NCBI GenBank assembly: GCA_041641305.1
Contig: JBEPYN010000001.1
Coordinates: 320,001-384,000, forward strand
Direction: 5' to 3'
From: Nitrososphaerota archaeon
Lineage (GTDB): Archaea > Thermoproteota > Nitrososphaeria_A > Caldarchaeales > Caldarchaeaceae
Length of the DNA: 64,000 bases
Position numbers and translations under genes: made by a program. Positions within the stretch are counted from its first letter, which is position 1. Each line of letters opens with the position of its first letter. The notes beneath the pieces are model-generated. The model was given only the letters and a program-made list of their open reading frames with translations. It did not search any database and was not told the origin of the DNA. Shown here one piece after another: positions 54,994-64,000 of the stretch.

Positions 54994-57926
54994 TTCACTA
55001 CAACGTATATGGCTGGCTTAAGCGGCAGGGCCTGCCTCGCCTTAGCCCTCTCCCTATCATCAGATGCGTCATTCTCACCGTGTAATATCGCCTCTATGCC
55101 GAGCTCGTGTCGGATAAAGTCCGCGAGGTCTTTGACGAGTTTTGCCTCGTTCTCCAGCAGCTGTGCGACCACCGATGCCGGCTGCTGTGTCAGCGAAGAT
55201 GCTTTCTGAGTCAAGTCTCTGATGTGATCGGCTATTTTCCGGATTGTGGCTGGGTCTTGTCTGAGGAGGTCGGGCCTGTTTCTTTTCACCGCCTCGAAGC
55301 CGTTTTGCTCTTGGCTGGATAGCATCACCTTCGCCGCCTCGTGTTTCCACCCAGCTGCGCTGTATAGCTTGACCTCGACGGGCGTGCCTTTCACCAGGCC
55401 CAGAACCTCACGCACATCAGAGACCAGACCCTCTAACACCATTTCCGAGAAAAGCACCCTCGCCCTCTCCATGCCCGTCGATGACCTGGGCCACTCCTGA
55501 AGAGAGGCATATCCCTTTTTTCCTAGCCTCTCCCACGCCTCTTCGGCGGCGAAGGGCGCGAACGGAGAGAGGATGAGAACCCATTTCTCCGCGAACATCT
55601 TTGCCGCACGTGTTATCTTCTCTCCGTTTCTTCTAATGTACCAGCGCCAGTTGTTGAGCATGCCGTAGACAGCTTCGCTGCACGCCGACCTCGTCTTCAG
55701 CTTCTCCAAGTTCTCTGAAACAATCTCGCAGCTTCTATCTGTGGCCGCGAGAAGCCATTCATCGCAGGGCCCCTGTTCATCGCTGGCCTCGTTGGCTATT
55801 TTCTCGATTATTGAGAGGAAGTTTTTGACGAATGCGCCTGCTTCCTCCGCTGCTTTTTCACGCCAGTCAGGGTCGTCAAGGTCCTCGGCGCTTAGTAGAA
55901 GAGCGAGCCTCGTCGCGTCGCTTCCATGCCGTGCAAGGGCCTGCTTGAGCGTCACGAAGTTTCCCCTGCTCTTCGACATCTTGTTTCCCTCGATGGTTAT
56001 CATACCGTTCACCGCCACACCCCTTGGCCAATGCCTCTCCTCGAAAATCCCCGTGTGGTGGAAAAGGTAGAAGGTTAGATGGTTTGCGACGAGATCCTTC
56101 CCCGAAACACGGAGATCTACACCATACCAGTGGAGAAACTCTCTCCTCATGGATTCGATGTGCTCCAGCTCTATGCCGTATTTTTCGGCGAGGCGGCGGG
56201 GGTCTCCCAGCCCGAGGAAAACGTAGTCGAAGACGTCGACGCCGAGCTTTGCAGCCTTCTCGGGGAACTTGTTGAGGATGTTGCTTATTGTGTAGAGTGC
56301 TGGGTAGATGGTTGAGTCGCTGAGCGTCTCTATTATCCATGACGGGTCCCATGGAAGACGTGTGCCTAGACCGGTTCTCCGCGTGCATGCCCAGTCATGA
56401 AGCCAGTCAACAACATTCAGCAGCCAAGACCGCGCAGCCTCCGGATACACATTCATCGAGGAGATGAGACGCTTCACCTTTGCTTTCCACTCCGGGTTTG
56501 AGAAGTTGAGGAACCACTGGTCATCAACAATCTTGACTATGCACTCGTCGCCTGACCTGCAGATGACTTTGCCCGAAAGGTCGTAGAAAACATCGCCGTC
56601 ACCGTTTTGCTTTAGCCGCTCAATGACCTGTTCCCGAGCAGCCGAGACCGAGACACCGCGAAATTCTTCGACAACCATTTTCCCAGAGTAGAACTCCTTG
56701 GAATAGATTTCTCTGGTCAAATCCTCGAGCCGCTCATCCAATTGGCTTGTTATCCCCGCTTTCTCAACCGCATCTACAGCAGGATGCTCTCCCAATCCCG
56801 GTGTCTCTATCACCTTGATGAGCCGTATCATTTCTGCGAGCTTGGGGTCCAATCCTTTTTCCCGCAGCTTGTCGGGGTTTGTTTTGAGTTCTTTGACGGC
56901 GATGTAGTCGTAGGGTGCATGGGCTGGTACGCTGTAGACAACTCCCGTACCGAGCGAGACATCCACAAACTCTGCGGGGAGAATGGGGACACTCCTGCCT
57001 GTGAACGGTGACTTGACATATCTGCCCAGAAGCTCGCGGCCATGTATCTCCTCCAACACTTTGCCAAGACCAAGCTGCTCTCCCAGCTTCGCTGCAGCCT
57101 CCCTGCTCATCATGAGCCTGACACCGTTCCGCTCAACCACCTGGTAAACACCTTCGGGGTGTATCCAGAGGTTTGTCACACCGAATATCGTCTCGGGCCT
57201 CAGAGTAGCGGCCGCGAGCTTAACCCCATCCAGCTCGAAGAAGACCATGGTGTATTCCTCAGGGTATATGCCTTCTCCACGGAGTCTGTCGTGGTCGCCT
57301 GTCGCGCTCTGGCATTTTGGGCACCAGACGACGGGGTGACGTCCCTGAACAAGCATCCCACTGCGCCTAAGCACATGATACTGCCACTCGATGAACCTGC
57401 TATAGTAGGGGTGGAGATCTGTCGTGTGAAATTCGCGGTTCCAGTCAACCGACCAGCCCATCGCGTCCACGACTTTCCTGTTTTCGGCGGTGTAGTATGC
57501 GCAGATGAACTCGGGATGCGTGAAGTGGCTTAGTAGGCTTTCGGGGACGCCGTCTATCTCGAGAAGCATTCTTCTGACGGATTCGTCGCCTTTCTTCAGC
57601 CTCTCGCTGGTCCCTGCCACAGCCTCGCCAGTCCAGTGCCACGCCCATGGAAACAACACGTTATAGCCCCTCATCCGCATGTAGCGTGCGACAGCGTCTC
57701 CGCGCGTGAAAGTGAAGCCGTGCCCGAGGTGGAGAGGACCGTTCTGGTAAGAGTAGGGAACGCAGACGAAAAATTTTCGACGCTGTGGGTCAGGCCTCGC
57801 TTCGAAAATCTTGTCTCTACGCCATCTGCTCACCCACTTTGTTTCATGAGGCTTAGGCGAGGAGATGGGTATGGAACCTCCTAGCCGAAACCCCAGCTCA
57901 AGCAGCTGCTTAACTTCCTCCGTCAA
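54990..57926 (-). CDS. leuS: leucyl-tRNA synthetase (archaeal type)
   Basis: LHLGH, ATLRPET, GTGVV.SVPAHAP.D, LSDSTIY, GKDL..NHL and KMSKS motifs. Confidence 0.97.
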   Translation of the reverse strand: MTEEVKQLLELGFRLGGSIPISSPKPHETKWVSRWRRDKIFEARPDPQRRKFFVCVPYSYQNGPLHLGHGFTFTRGDAVARYMRMRGYNVLFPWAWHWTGEAVAGTSERLKKGDESVRRMLLEIDGVPESLLSHFTHPEFICAYYTAENRKVVDAMGWSVDWNREFHTTDLHPYYSRFIEWQYHVLRRSGMLVQGRHPVVWCPKCQSATGDHDRLRGEGIYPEEYTMVFFELDGVKLAAATLRPETIFGVTNLWIHPEGVYQVVERNGVRLMMSREAAAKLGEQLGLGKVLEEIHGRELLGRYVKSPFTGRSVPILPAEFVDVSLGTGVVYSVPAHAPYDYIAVKELKTNPDKLREKGLDPKLAEMIRLIKVIETPGLGEHPAVDAVEKAGITSQLDERLEDLTREIYSKEFYSGKMVVEEFRGVSVSAAREQVIERLKQNGDGDVFYDLSGKVICRSGDECIVKIVDDQWFLNFSNPEWKAKVKRLISSMNVYPEAARSWLLNVVDWLHDWACTRRTGLGTRLPWDPSWIIETLSDSTIYPALYTISNILNKFPEKAAKLGVDVFDYVFLGLGDPRRLAEKYGIELEHIESMRREFLHWYGVDLRVSGKDLVANHLTFYLFHHTGIFEERHWPRGVAVNGMITIEGNKMSKSRGNFVTLKQALARHGSDATRLALLLSAEDLDDPDWREKAAEEAGAFVKNFLSIIEKIANEASDEQGPCDEWLLAATDRSCEIVSENLEKLKTRSACSEAVYGMLNNWRWYIRRNGEKITRAAKMFAEKWVLILSPFAPFAAEEAWERLGKKGYASLQEWPRSSTGMERARVLFSEMVLEGLVSDVREVLGLVKGTPVEVKLYSAAGWKHEAAKVMLSSQEQNGFEAVKRNRPDLLRQDPATIRKIADHIRDLTQKASSLTQQPASVVAQLLENEAKLVKDLADFIRHELGIEAILHGENDASDDRERAKARQALPLKPAIYVVVK

Positions 57927-57961
57927 CCTCTTTGGAGAACCCTTGAGGCCTCTAATTTATG

Positions 57962-58540
57962 TTATGTTATGAAGTGTCCCGACTCGATGTCTGGCATGTC
58001 TCTCTTAAGTCTCTGGGCTGCAACTTCTGAGGCCTCTTTTAGAATAGCCTCGGCCTCGGGGTCAGTGGTTGACGTCCCTATGTAGGTGTCTGAAACGGTG
58101 CCGACGCTCACTGAGAGGTCTTCGAGAAGGTCTTGGACGCCGCGCAGCCCGCTGGAGATCTCGGGCATCACGCCGCCGACATCTTTCTGAACAGCCATAA
58201 CAACTGCCGCGACAGGGCCGATGACCTTCCTCACCTCATTATAGTCTCTGACAGCCTCGAGCCTGAGGACAACACCTTCGAGCGAGGCCTGGCTCCTAAC
58301 CGTCGCATGCATCATCTTACGAAGCTGAGCAAGCTCGTTGGCATAAACAGCTGCGCGCTCCTCATCTTTCTCCATCTTCGCACGGACAATCTGGTTGAAG
58401 AGCTCCCTACCCCTCATCTGCATGGCGCGGGCCTTAGAATCCATCCTGTTCTGAATCGTCATTAGCCTTGTAACTATTTCTGACATCCTCTGGTCAAAAG
58501 GCGGCTTAGGCGGCTCCTTCTTCCTAAACAAGCGAAACAT
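57962..58540 (-). CDS. ESCRT-III (Snf7 family) paralog without winged helix, CdvB1/B2-like
   Basis: AAVYANELAQLRK...LRLEAV, MPEIS, EAEAILKEA; amphipathic N-terminus MFRLFRKK. Confidence 0.88.
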   Translation of the reverse strand: MFRLFRKKEPPKPPFDQRMSEIVTRLMTIQNRMDSKARAMQMRGRELFNQIVRAKMEKDEERAAVYANELAQLRKMMHATVRSQASLEGVVLRLEAVRDYNEVRKVIGPVAAVVMAVQKDVGGVMPEISSGLRGVQDLLEDLSVSVGTVSDTYIGTSTTDPEAEAILKEASEVAAQRLKRDMPDIESGHFIT

Positions 58541-58628
58541 CTCCGATGGCTTCGATTACCCTCTCTGGGATAAAAATGCTGCATCAAAAAAATTGGGGAT
58601 GTATCTTGGGGTATTATCTTGGGATGGC

Positions 58629-59186
58629 CTACTCTACTCTCTGTCGCCACATCAGTATGTAGCCGAGGCCTCCGCACGCCACTCCAATCGCCAGCAGGAA
58701 GATGAACAACGCAATCCATGTCGGGTAACCCAGCGGAATGCCGTAGAAGATGTTTGTATGGACTTGTCCAGCGTTCCATCCACGGCCGCCTACCTCAGGT
58801 GGAAGCATCGCCGCGCCTCCGAGATACCCGCCAACCATCATCAGCCAAGTTGCTCCAATGACGCCGACGTTCATCAGAATCAGGTGAAGCCACGCGAGGC
58901 CGTTGGCGAGGCCTTTGTAGGGTTTGCCGAGGACGTTCTCGATGTAGTGGTAGAAGAGAGCTGTTACCGCAACGCCGATGACGCCGACTATTAGGTAGCT
59001 AAGATAGCCGACGGTAAACCAATTCCCAGCGCTGCCAAATGCTATCACCCTGCTGAACTCAGGCTTCATGAACCCCAGCTGCCCAATCACCCAGAACAAC
59101 GTGTTACCTACGGCTAAAGCTCCCTGAACATACGCCGCCACAATGAACCTCGAAGCCCACTTTCCCTTAACAACCTCCCGCGCCAT
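58629..59186 (-). CDS. 4-TM membrane protein with a segment resembling heme-copper oxidase subunit I
   Basis: Hydrophobic helices, ALFYH and LAWLHLILMNVG. Confidence 0.65.
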   Translation of the reverse strand: MAREVVKGKWASRFIVAAYVQGALAVGNTLFWVIGQLGFMKPEFSRVIAFGSAGNWFTVGYLSYLIVGVIGVAVTALFYHYIENVLGKPYKGLANGLAWLHLILMNVGVIGATWLMMVGGYLGGAAMLPPEVGGRGWNAGQVHTNIFYGIPLGYPTWIALFIFLLAIGVACGGLGYILMWRQRVE

Positions 59187-59297
59187 CACGCCTGCAATAT
59201 GCATAAAGATGATTAAAACAGTTTATGTACAAACTCATGAAAATGTGCACCACTTTGTAGGAAGTATATAAGAAACGGCGTATACAACAGCGGCGAA

Positions 59298-59372
59298 GGG
59301 CCCGTGGCCTAGAATGGATAGGGCGTCGGCCTGCGGAGCCGGAGGTCGTGGGTTCAAGTCCCACCGGGCCCG
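59298..59372 (+). tRNA. tRNA-Arg(GCG)
   Basis: GGGCCCGTGGCCTAG...TCGGC-CTGCGGA-GCCGG...GGTTCAAGTCCCACCGGGCCCG. Confidence 0.95.
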
Positions 59373-59443
59373 AATAATCATTTTATGATTCATGGGATTT
59401 TCCGTGAAGAAATTTATGCGCGTTACATATTTTCCGTGGTGGC

Positions 59444-61417
59444 ATGCTGCTGTGGAGCCCGTCATCAGATTCTGTCTCACAGGCTAACATGAAATCTTTC
59501 ATCGAGTTTGTTGACGACCGCGAAGGCCTTGGCGTGGATGCGTTTGAAAAAGGAGCCTATTTCAAGCTGTACCGCTGGTCGGTCTCCAATATACCACGGT
59601 TCTGGGAATATGTCTGGGATTTTTTCGACATAGTTTGTTCGCGGCGTTTTATGGCTGTGGTGGATGATTTGTCAAAGTTTCCTGGGGCGCGTTGGTTTGT
59701 TGGTGCGCGGCTTAACTTTGCCGAGAACCTTCTCCGACACCGTGGACACGAAAAAGGGTTGATTGGTGTGCGGGAGGATGGTGAGAAGCGTGAGTATAGG
59801 TTTGTCGAACTTCATGGTGAGGTTGCGGCTGTTGCCCGCGGGTTGAGAGAGGTTGGTGTAGGCCTCGAGGACAGGGTTGCAGGATATATTCCCAACATTC
59901 CGGAAAGCGTTGTGGCGATGCTAGCTGCAACATCGCTCGGAGCCACATGGTCCTCGGTGGGCACGGAGCTGGGTGTCGACGCCGTCGTCGACAGACTGGG
60001 CCAAGTCGAGCCGAAGGTGTTGTTCACAGTCGATGGCTACTATTACAGGGGCAGGGCCTTTGACGTCTTGGAGAGAATAGAGAAAATTGTTGAGAGAGTT
60101 CCGTCCATAAGACGGGTCGTTGTCATTCCGTATCTCAGCCAAAACCCGCGCCTAGATAACATCGAGAAGGCCGTTCTCTATGGCGATTTCAAAGGGCCGA
60201 CGGGTGGCGCCGTTGACTTTGCTCAGGTGTCCTCCTCGACACCGGTCTACGTCATGTTTTCTTCGGGGACGACCGGAAAGCCTAAGTGCATGGTCCAACC
60301 CGTGGCAGGTATTCTGGTCAATCAGCTCAAGGATGTGGTTATTCACAGTGACTTGAAACGGGGAGAGGTGATTACTTACATCACTACGCCGAGCTGGATG
60401 ATGTGGAACTGGAGCGTCTCCTCTCTCGCCGCTGGAGGAACTGTGCTTCTATACGACGGTGACCCAAATTACCCTGACTGGAGGAAGATGTGGCGCCTCA
60501 TAGACGAGTATGAGGTATCTATCTTCGGATGTAGCGCAAGCTACATCAATCATTTACGGGGGGCAGGCGCCGCACCCGGCGACAAGTTTGGTCTTGAGAG
60601 CTTGCGTGAAATTTCTCAGACGGGTTCGCCGCTTTTATCCAATGGGTTCAAATGGGTCTACGACACTGTGAAAAAAGACCTCCACTTTAACTCGATCTCA
60701 GGCGGGACTGATATCAACGGCTGCTTTGCAATCGGCTCGCCTATTCTGCCCGTATACGCTGGCCAGGTCCAGTCTCCGGGGTTGGGGATGAAGATTATGT
60801 GTTACGATGAGAGGGGTGAGCCTGTGTTTGACAGGGAGGGTGAGCTTGTCTGCGAAGCTCCGGCTCCACCGATGCCGCTCTACTTTCTCAACGACCAGGC
60901 TTACGAGAAATACCTCGACGCATACTTCCGCTTCTACACGCATAAGCGTGTCTGGAGACATGGCGACTATGTCATATTCCACAGCGACACGGGTGGGATA
61001 ACTTTTCTCGGAAGGTCTGACGCAACGCTCAAGCCATCGGGCGTCAGGATAGGTACAGCCGAGATATACTCAATCGTCGAGGGCTTCAGAGAAGTTGCGG
61101 ACAGCTTGGCTGTTGGACAGGATTGGAGAGGCGATCAGCGTGTAATCCTGTTTGTTAAGATGGCTCAGGGCTATGTGTTGACGGATGAATTGAAGGAGAG
61201 GATTAAGCGTGCCTTGCGTGAGAAGGCTTCGCCCCGTCATGTTCCAGCCATCATCATGGAAGCTCCAGACATCCCCTACACATACAACATGAAGAAGGTC
61301 GAAATAGCTGTCTCAAACATCATCAACGGAAGAAAGGTAACCAACAGAGAAGCCATACGAAACCCCGAGACGCTTGAATTCTTCGAAAAAGTGGCAGAAA
61401 CGTTGCGTAGCGGCTAA
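59444..61417 (+). CDS. acetoacetate--CoA ligase
   Basis: WF.GARLNFAENLL, FSSGTTGKPKC, WMMWNW, SISGGTD, W.HGD, GRSDATL...GVRIGTAEIY. Confidence 0.93.
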   Translation: MLLWSPSSDSVSQANMKSFIEFVDDREGLGVDAFEKGAYFKLYRWSVSNIPRFWEYVWDFFDIVCSRRFMAVVDDLSKFPGARWFVGARLNFAENLLRHRGHEKGLIGVREDGEKREYRFVELHGEVAAVARGLREVGVGLEDRVAGYIPNIPESVVAMLAATSLGATWSSVGTELGVDAVVDRLGQVEPKVLFTVDGYYYRGRAFDVLERIEKIVERVPSIRRVVVIPYLSQNPRLDNIEKAVLYGDFKGPTGGAVDFAQVSSSTPVYVMFSSGTTGKPKCMVQPVAGILVNQLKDVVIHSDLKRGEVITYITTPSWMMWNWSVSSLAAGGTVLLYDGDPNYPDWRKMWRLIDEYEVSIFGCSASYINHLRGAGAAPGDKFGLESLREISQTGSPLLSNGFKWVYDTVKKDLHFNSISGGTDINGCFAIGSPILPVYAGQVQSPGLGMKIMCYDERGEPVFDREGELVCEAPAPPMPLYFLNDQAYEKYLDAYFRFYTHKRVWRHGDYVIFHSDTGGITFLGRSDATLKPSGVRIGTAEIYSIVEGFREVADSLAVGQDWRGDQRVILFVKMAQGYVLTDELKERIKRALREKASPRHVPAIIMEAPDIPYTYNMKKVEIAVSNIINGRKVTNREAIRNPETLEFFEKVAETLRSG

Positions 61418-61538
61418 AGCTGTTCAGGCATTTTCCACAGCCACAGCCCCATCAGCCATCATTTATAGATGCAGTTGGTTGAGACATAGATAATGTGTTT
61501 TGGGAAAACTTATTTATTGTAAAGTATGTAAGGTTGAT

Positions 61539-62672
61539 GTGCTTTCCGATGAGCAGGTTATGGTTCTCCAGACTGCGGAGAAGGTTGGTGAGAGGTTTGG
61601 TCGGCGGAATTGGTTGGCTTGTGGTCGTGAGAGAAGGGAGCCGGCGGCTCTTTGGGAGGAGCTTCGGAAATCAGGCTTGACAGGAGCTGGTGTGATGGAG
61701 GACTCGGGCACCCTCGACGCGGTGCTTGTTCAGGAGGGGTTGGCTAGAGCAGGGATACCTCTTCTACATTTTTTGACGACTCATTTCTCACGGGTCATGA
61801 TAGTGAGGCATGGCACGCGTAAACAGTTTGAAAGATTTGTGGAGCCAACGGTTAAGCATGCTAAGAAAATTAGCTTTGCTTTGACGGAGGCTGAGGCCGG
61901 CTCCGAGACATGGCGGATAAAGACCTTCGCCGAGAAGAAGAACGATGGATTTGTTCTCAACGGCCAGAAAACATATATCACAGGGGCCCGCGAGTCCGAT
62001 TACCTCATCGTCGTGGCGCGGACAAAGCCTCTACAGCAAGTTTCGGATAAGAAGGATGGCATCTCTGTGTTTGTGCTTGATACGCATATGAGCGGTGTGA
62101 TGTTTGAGCCCCTCAACATCGAGCTCTACTCTCCCGAGACACAGTACACGGTGTATTTCGACAATGTTGAGCTTGATGAGGAGAATCTTGTGGGTAGGCT
62201 GCATTGTGGTGTCGAGGTTTTGTTTGACGGGTTGAATGTTGAGCGTATGCTTATCGCCGCGTGTAGCATGGGCTTGGGTGAACATGTTTTGCAGCGGGCT
62301 GCTGAGTATGGGCGTCAGAGAGTTGTCTTCGGACATCCCGTTGGAAGTTATCAGGGGCTGCAGTTTAGGATGGCGAGGGCCAAGGCTAGGCTTGAGGCGG
62401 CTCGTGTGCTGAACTACGAGGCGGCGAGGCTTTTCGACGCCGGCAAACCCTGCGGAGCAGAGGCAAACATGGCGAAGCTTGTCGCGTCAGAGGCCAGTTT
62501 AGAGGCTTTCGAAGCCGCTATGCAGACCTTCGGCGGAAACGCCTACGACCTCGACACAGACATCATCACCTTTTACCCAGTCATAAGGCTCTTTCTCACA
62601 GCACCCGTAGCCAACGAGCTAATACTCTCCTACATCGGCACCCATGTCCTCGGCCTCCCCAAATCATACTGA
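61539..62672 (+). CDS. acyl-CoA dehydrogenase
   Basis: FALTE.EAGS, LNGQK.YI.GA, GLN.ER, R.VFG.P.G.YQG, MQTFGG. Confidence 0.92.
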   Translation: MLSDEQVMVLQTAEKVGERFGRRNWLACGRERREPAALWEELRKSGLTGAGVMEDSGTLDAVLVQEGLARAGIPLLHFLTTHFSRVMIVRHGTRKQFERFVEPTVKHAKKISFALTEAEAGSETWRIKTFAEKKNDGFVLNGQKTYITGARESDYLIVVARTKPLQQVSDKKDGISVFVLDTHMSGVMFEPLNIELYSPETQYTVYFDNVELDEENLVGRLHCGVEVLFDGLNVERMLIAACSMGLGEHVLQRAAEYGRQRVVFGHPVGSYQGLQFRMARAKARLEAARVLNYEAARLFDAGKPCGAEANMAKLVASEASLEAFEAAMQTFGGNAYDLDTDIITFYPVIRLFLTAPVANELILSYIGTHVLGLPKSY

Positions 62673-62683
62673 GAGGTGAGTGT

Positions 62684-63784
62684 TTGACCGAGGTATATGT
62701 AGCCGGGGTCGGGGAAATACCCTGCAAACCATCCTATCGTAAGGATTTCCGCGAGATACTTTTCAACGCTTTCCAAAACTGCCTCCACGACGCAGGCATA
62801 GAAGTATCTGAAATAGATGCGGTTGTTGCCAGCGGCCTCGACTTTTTCGAGGGCATCAGTATAACCGACTCTTACACGCCTGACCAGGTTGGTGGAAGAC
62901 TCAAGTTCAACACACTTGTCTCAAACGACTCGCTCAACGCCTTCATCCACGGCTACATGCTCATCAAAACAGGATGGTTCAGAAACGTTCTGGTAACAGC
63001 CTATGCCAAGCCCTCTAACATACTCAACTACGCCGAAGTCGTGCTGAACACCTGGGACCCGTCTCTCATCCGCCCGCTCCTTATACATCACTACTCGATA
63101 GCGGCGCTTGATGCACAGGCTTTCCTTACCCGTAGGGGCGGCGACAGCCGTGACCTATCTCTCGTAGCAGTCAAGAACATCCGCAACGCCCAACGTAACC
63201 CCATCACCGCGTATGATGAGGATGTGGACTTGGAAAAAATTGAGTCTTCTCAGTTTGTTTCGGAGCCTCTTAGATGGGGTCATGTTGCGCGTCTCTGCGA
63301 CTATGCATGTGTTGTTCTTTTGTCGGCTGATGACAGTTCTGCGAAGGCTGTTGTTAAAGGTGTTGGGTTCGCCCATGGCTCGCATTCATCAGATTTGGCG
63401 GGCAGGGTTTTCGGAAAGTTTGCATGGGTTAAGCCCGCTGTTCTAAACGCTTTTAGGAATGTTTCGAGGAGGGTTGTGGAGTTTGTGGAGGTTTCGGAGC
63501 CTTTTGCCTCGACTGAGTTGATGGTTTTGGATGAACTGGGTGTTTATGATGGCGATGTTTTGAAGGGGCTTCGCGGTGGTGATTTTATGTTTGATGGTGC
63601 GTTGCCTGTTAATCCGTCGGGGGGTTGTATCGGGATGGGGTATCCGCTCAACGCTGCAGGGCTGCAGAGAGTTGTGCAAGCGGTCAAGCTTCTGAGGATG
63701 GGGAGGTGGAGCGGGTGCCTGGTTGCGTCGGTCGATGGCGAGGTTGTTGACGGCGGCTCTGTTGCCGTCCTCTCCGTAGGGTGA
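62684..63784 (+). CDS. thiolase-fold protein (SCP2/Ltp-like) with altered catalytic residues
   Basis: V.VAGVG, DAG, AVKN..NA..NP, PVNPSGG..G.GYP..AAG. Confidence 0.85.
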   Translation: MTEVYVAGVGEIPCKPSYRKDFREILFNAFQNCLHDAGIEVSEIDAVVASGLDFFEGISITDSYTPDQVGGRLKFNTLVSNDSLNAFIHGYMLIKTGWFRNVLVTAYAKPSNILNYAEVVLNTWDPSLIRPLLIHHYSIAALDAQAFLTRRGGDSRDLSLVAVKNIRNAQRNPITAYDEDVDLEKIESSQFVSEPLRWGHVARLCDYACVVLLSADDSSAKAVVKGVGFAHGSHSSDLAGRVFGKFAWVKPAVLNAFRNVSRRVVEFVEVSEPFASTELMVLDELGVYDGDVLKGLRGGDFMFDGALPVNPSGGCIGMGYPLNAAGLQRVVQAVKLLRMGRWSGCLVASVDGEVVDGGSVAVLSVG

Positions 63785-63790
63785 TGATAT

Positions 63791-64000
63791 GTGAGACGTC
63801 GTGTAGCTATCGTTGGTGCTGGGATGACGTATTTCCGCTCCATGTCGCCGATGACCTCCGAGGAGATGGTTTTCGAGGCCGTGAGGAAATGTCTCGACGA
63901 CGCTGGAGTTGATGTAAATGATGTTGATGCTGTGGTAGGTGGCTCGGCTCCCGACGCCTTCGACGGCTATCATCACAAAGGCCTCGTGGCTGTTGAGCCG
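63791..64000 (+). CDS. second thiolase-fold protein (5' part; runs off the window edge)
   Basis: Not in the ORF track. GTG 63791 reads MRRRVAIVGAGMTYF...EMVFEAVRKCLDDAG...DVDAVVGGSAPDAFDG. Confidence 0.85.
   Translation, partial: MRRRVAIVGAGMTYFRSMSPMTSEEMVFEAVRKCLDDAGVDVNDVDAVVGGSAPDAFDGYHHKGLVAVEP

Noticed and set aside
1-64000. CRISPR array, IS element, provirus or att-site duplication at the four tRNAs
   Set aside because: No regularly spaced repeats, transposase or integrase motifs, or direct repeat of a tRNA 3' end were seen by eye.

Overview
A densely coded archaeal chromosomal segment with no CRISPR array, transposase or integrase that I can recognise. An HMf-type histone, PolD small subunit, ESCRT-III/Vps4 (Cdv) genes and a thermosome at roughly 50-55% GC point to a thermophilic TACK archaeon, most plausibly Aigarchaeota/Caldarchaeales-like (inference). 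About 58 CDS and 4 intron-less tRNAs (Ile-CAT, His-GTG, Arg-TCT, Arg-GCG) are supported. Most are housekeeping (thermosome, glyA, hemL-like, serS, leuS, DP1, trxB, rsmA, Trm112, RidA), four ABC systems, a HEPN-MNT pair or part of an acyl-CoA catabolic cluster. The most interesting part is 0-14 kb. (1) A three-gene operon encodes a short, apparently hinge-less SMC ATPase with SMC5/6-type signatures, a ScpA-type kleisin and a tandem winged-helix KITE protein. (2) It lies head-to-head with Vps4/cdvC, which converges on an ESCRT-III/cdvB gene. (3) The 10-mer TAGCGGTGTA occurs upstream of both cdvC and cdvB, and its core also sits beside the SMC TATA box. (4) Nearby are a Zn-ribbon CdvA-like protein ending in LRGG and a histone with H49Y/L62R changes at the tetramer interface. 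Together these suggest a co-regulated chromosome-organisation and cytokinesis module. All family calls come from motif recognition by eye; no database searches were run.
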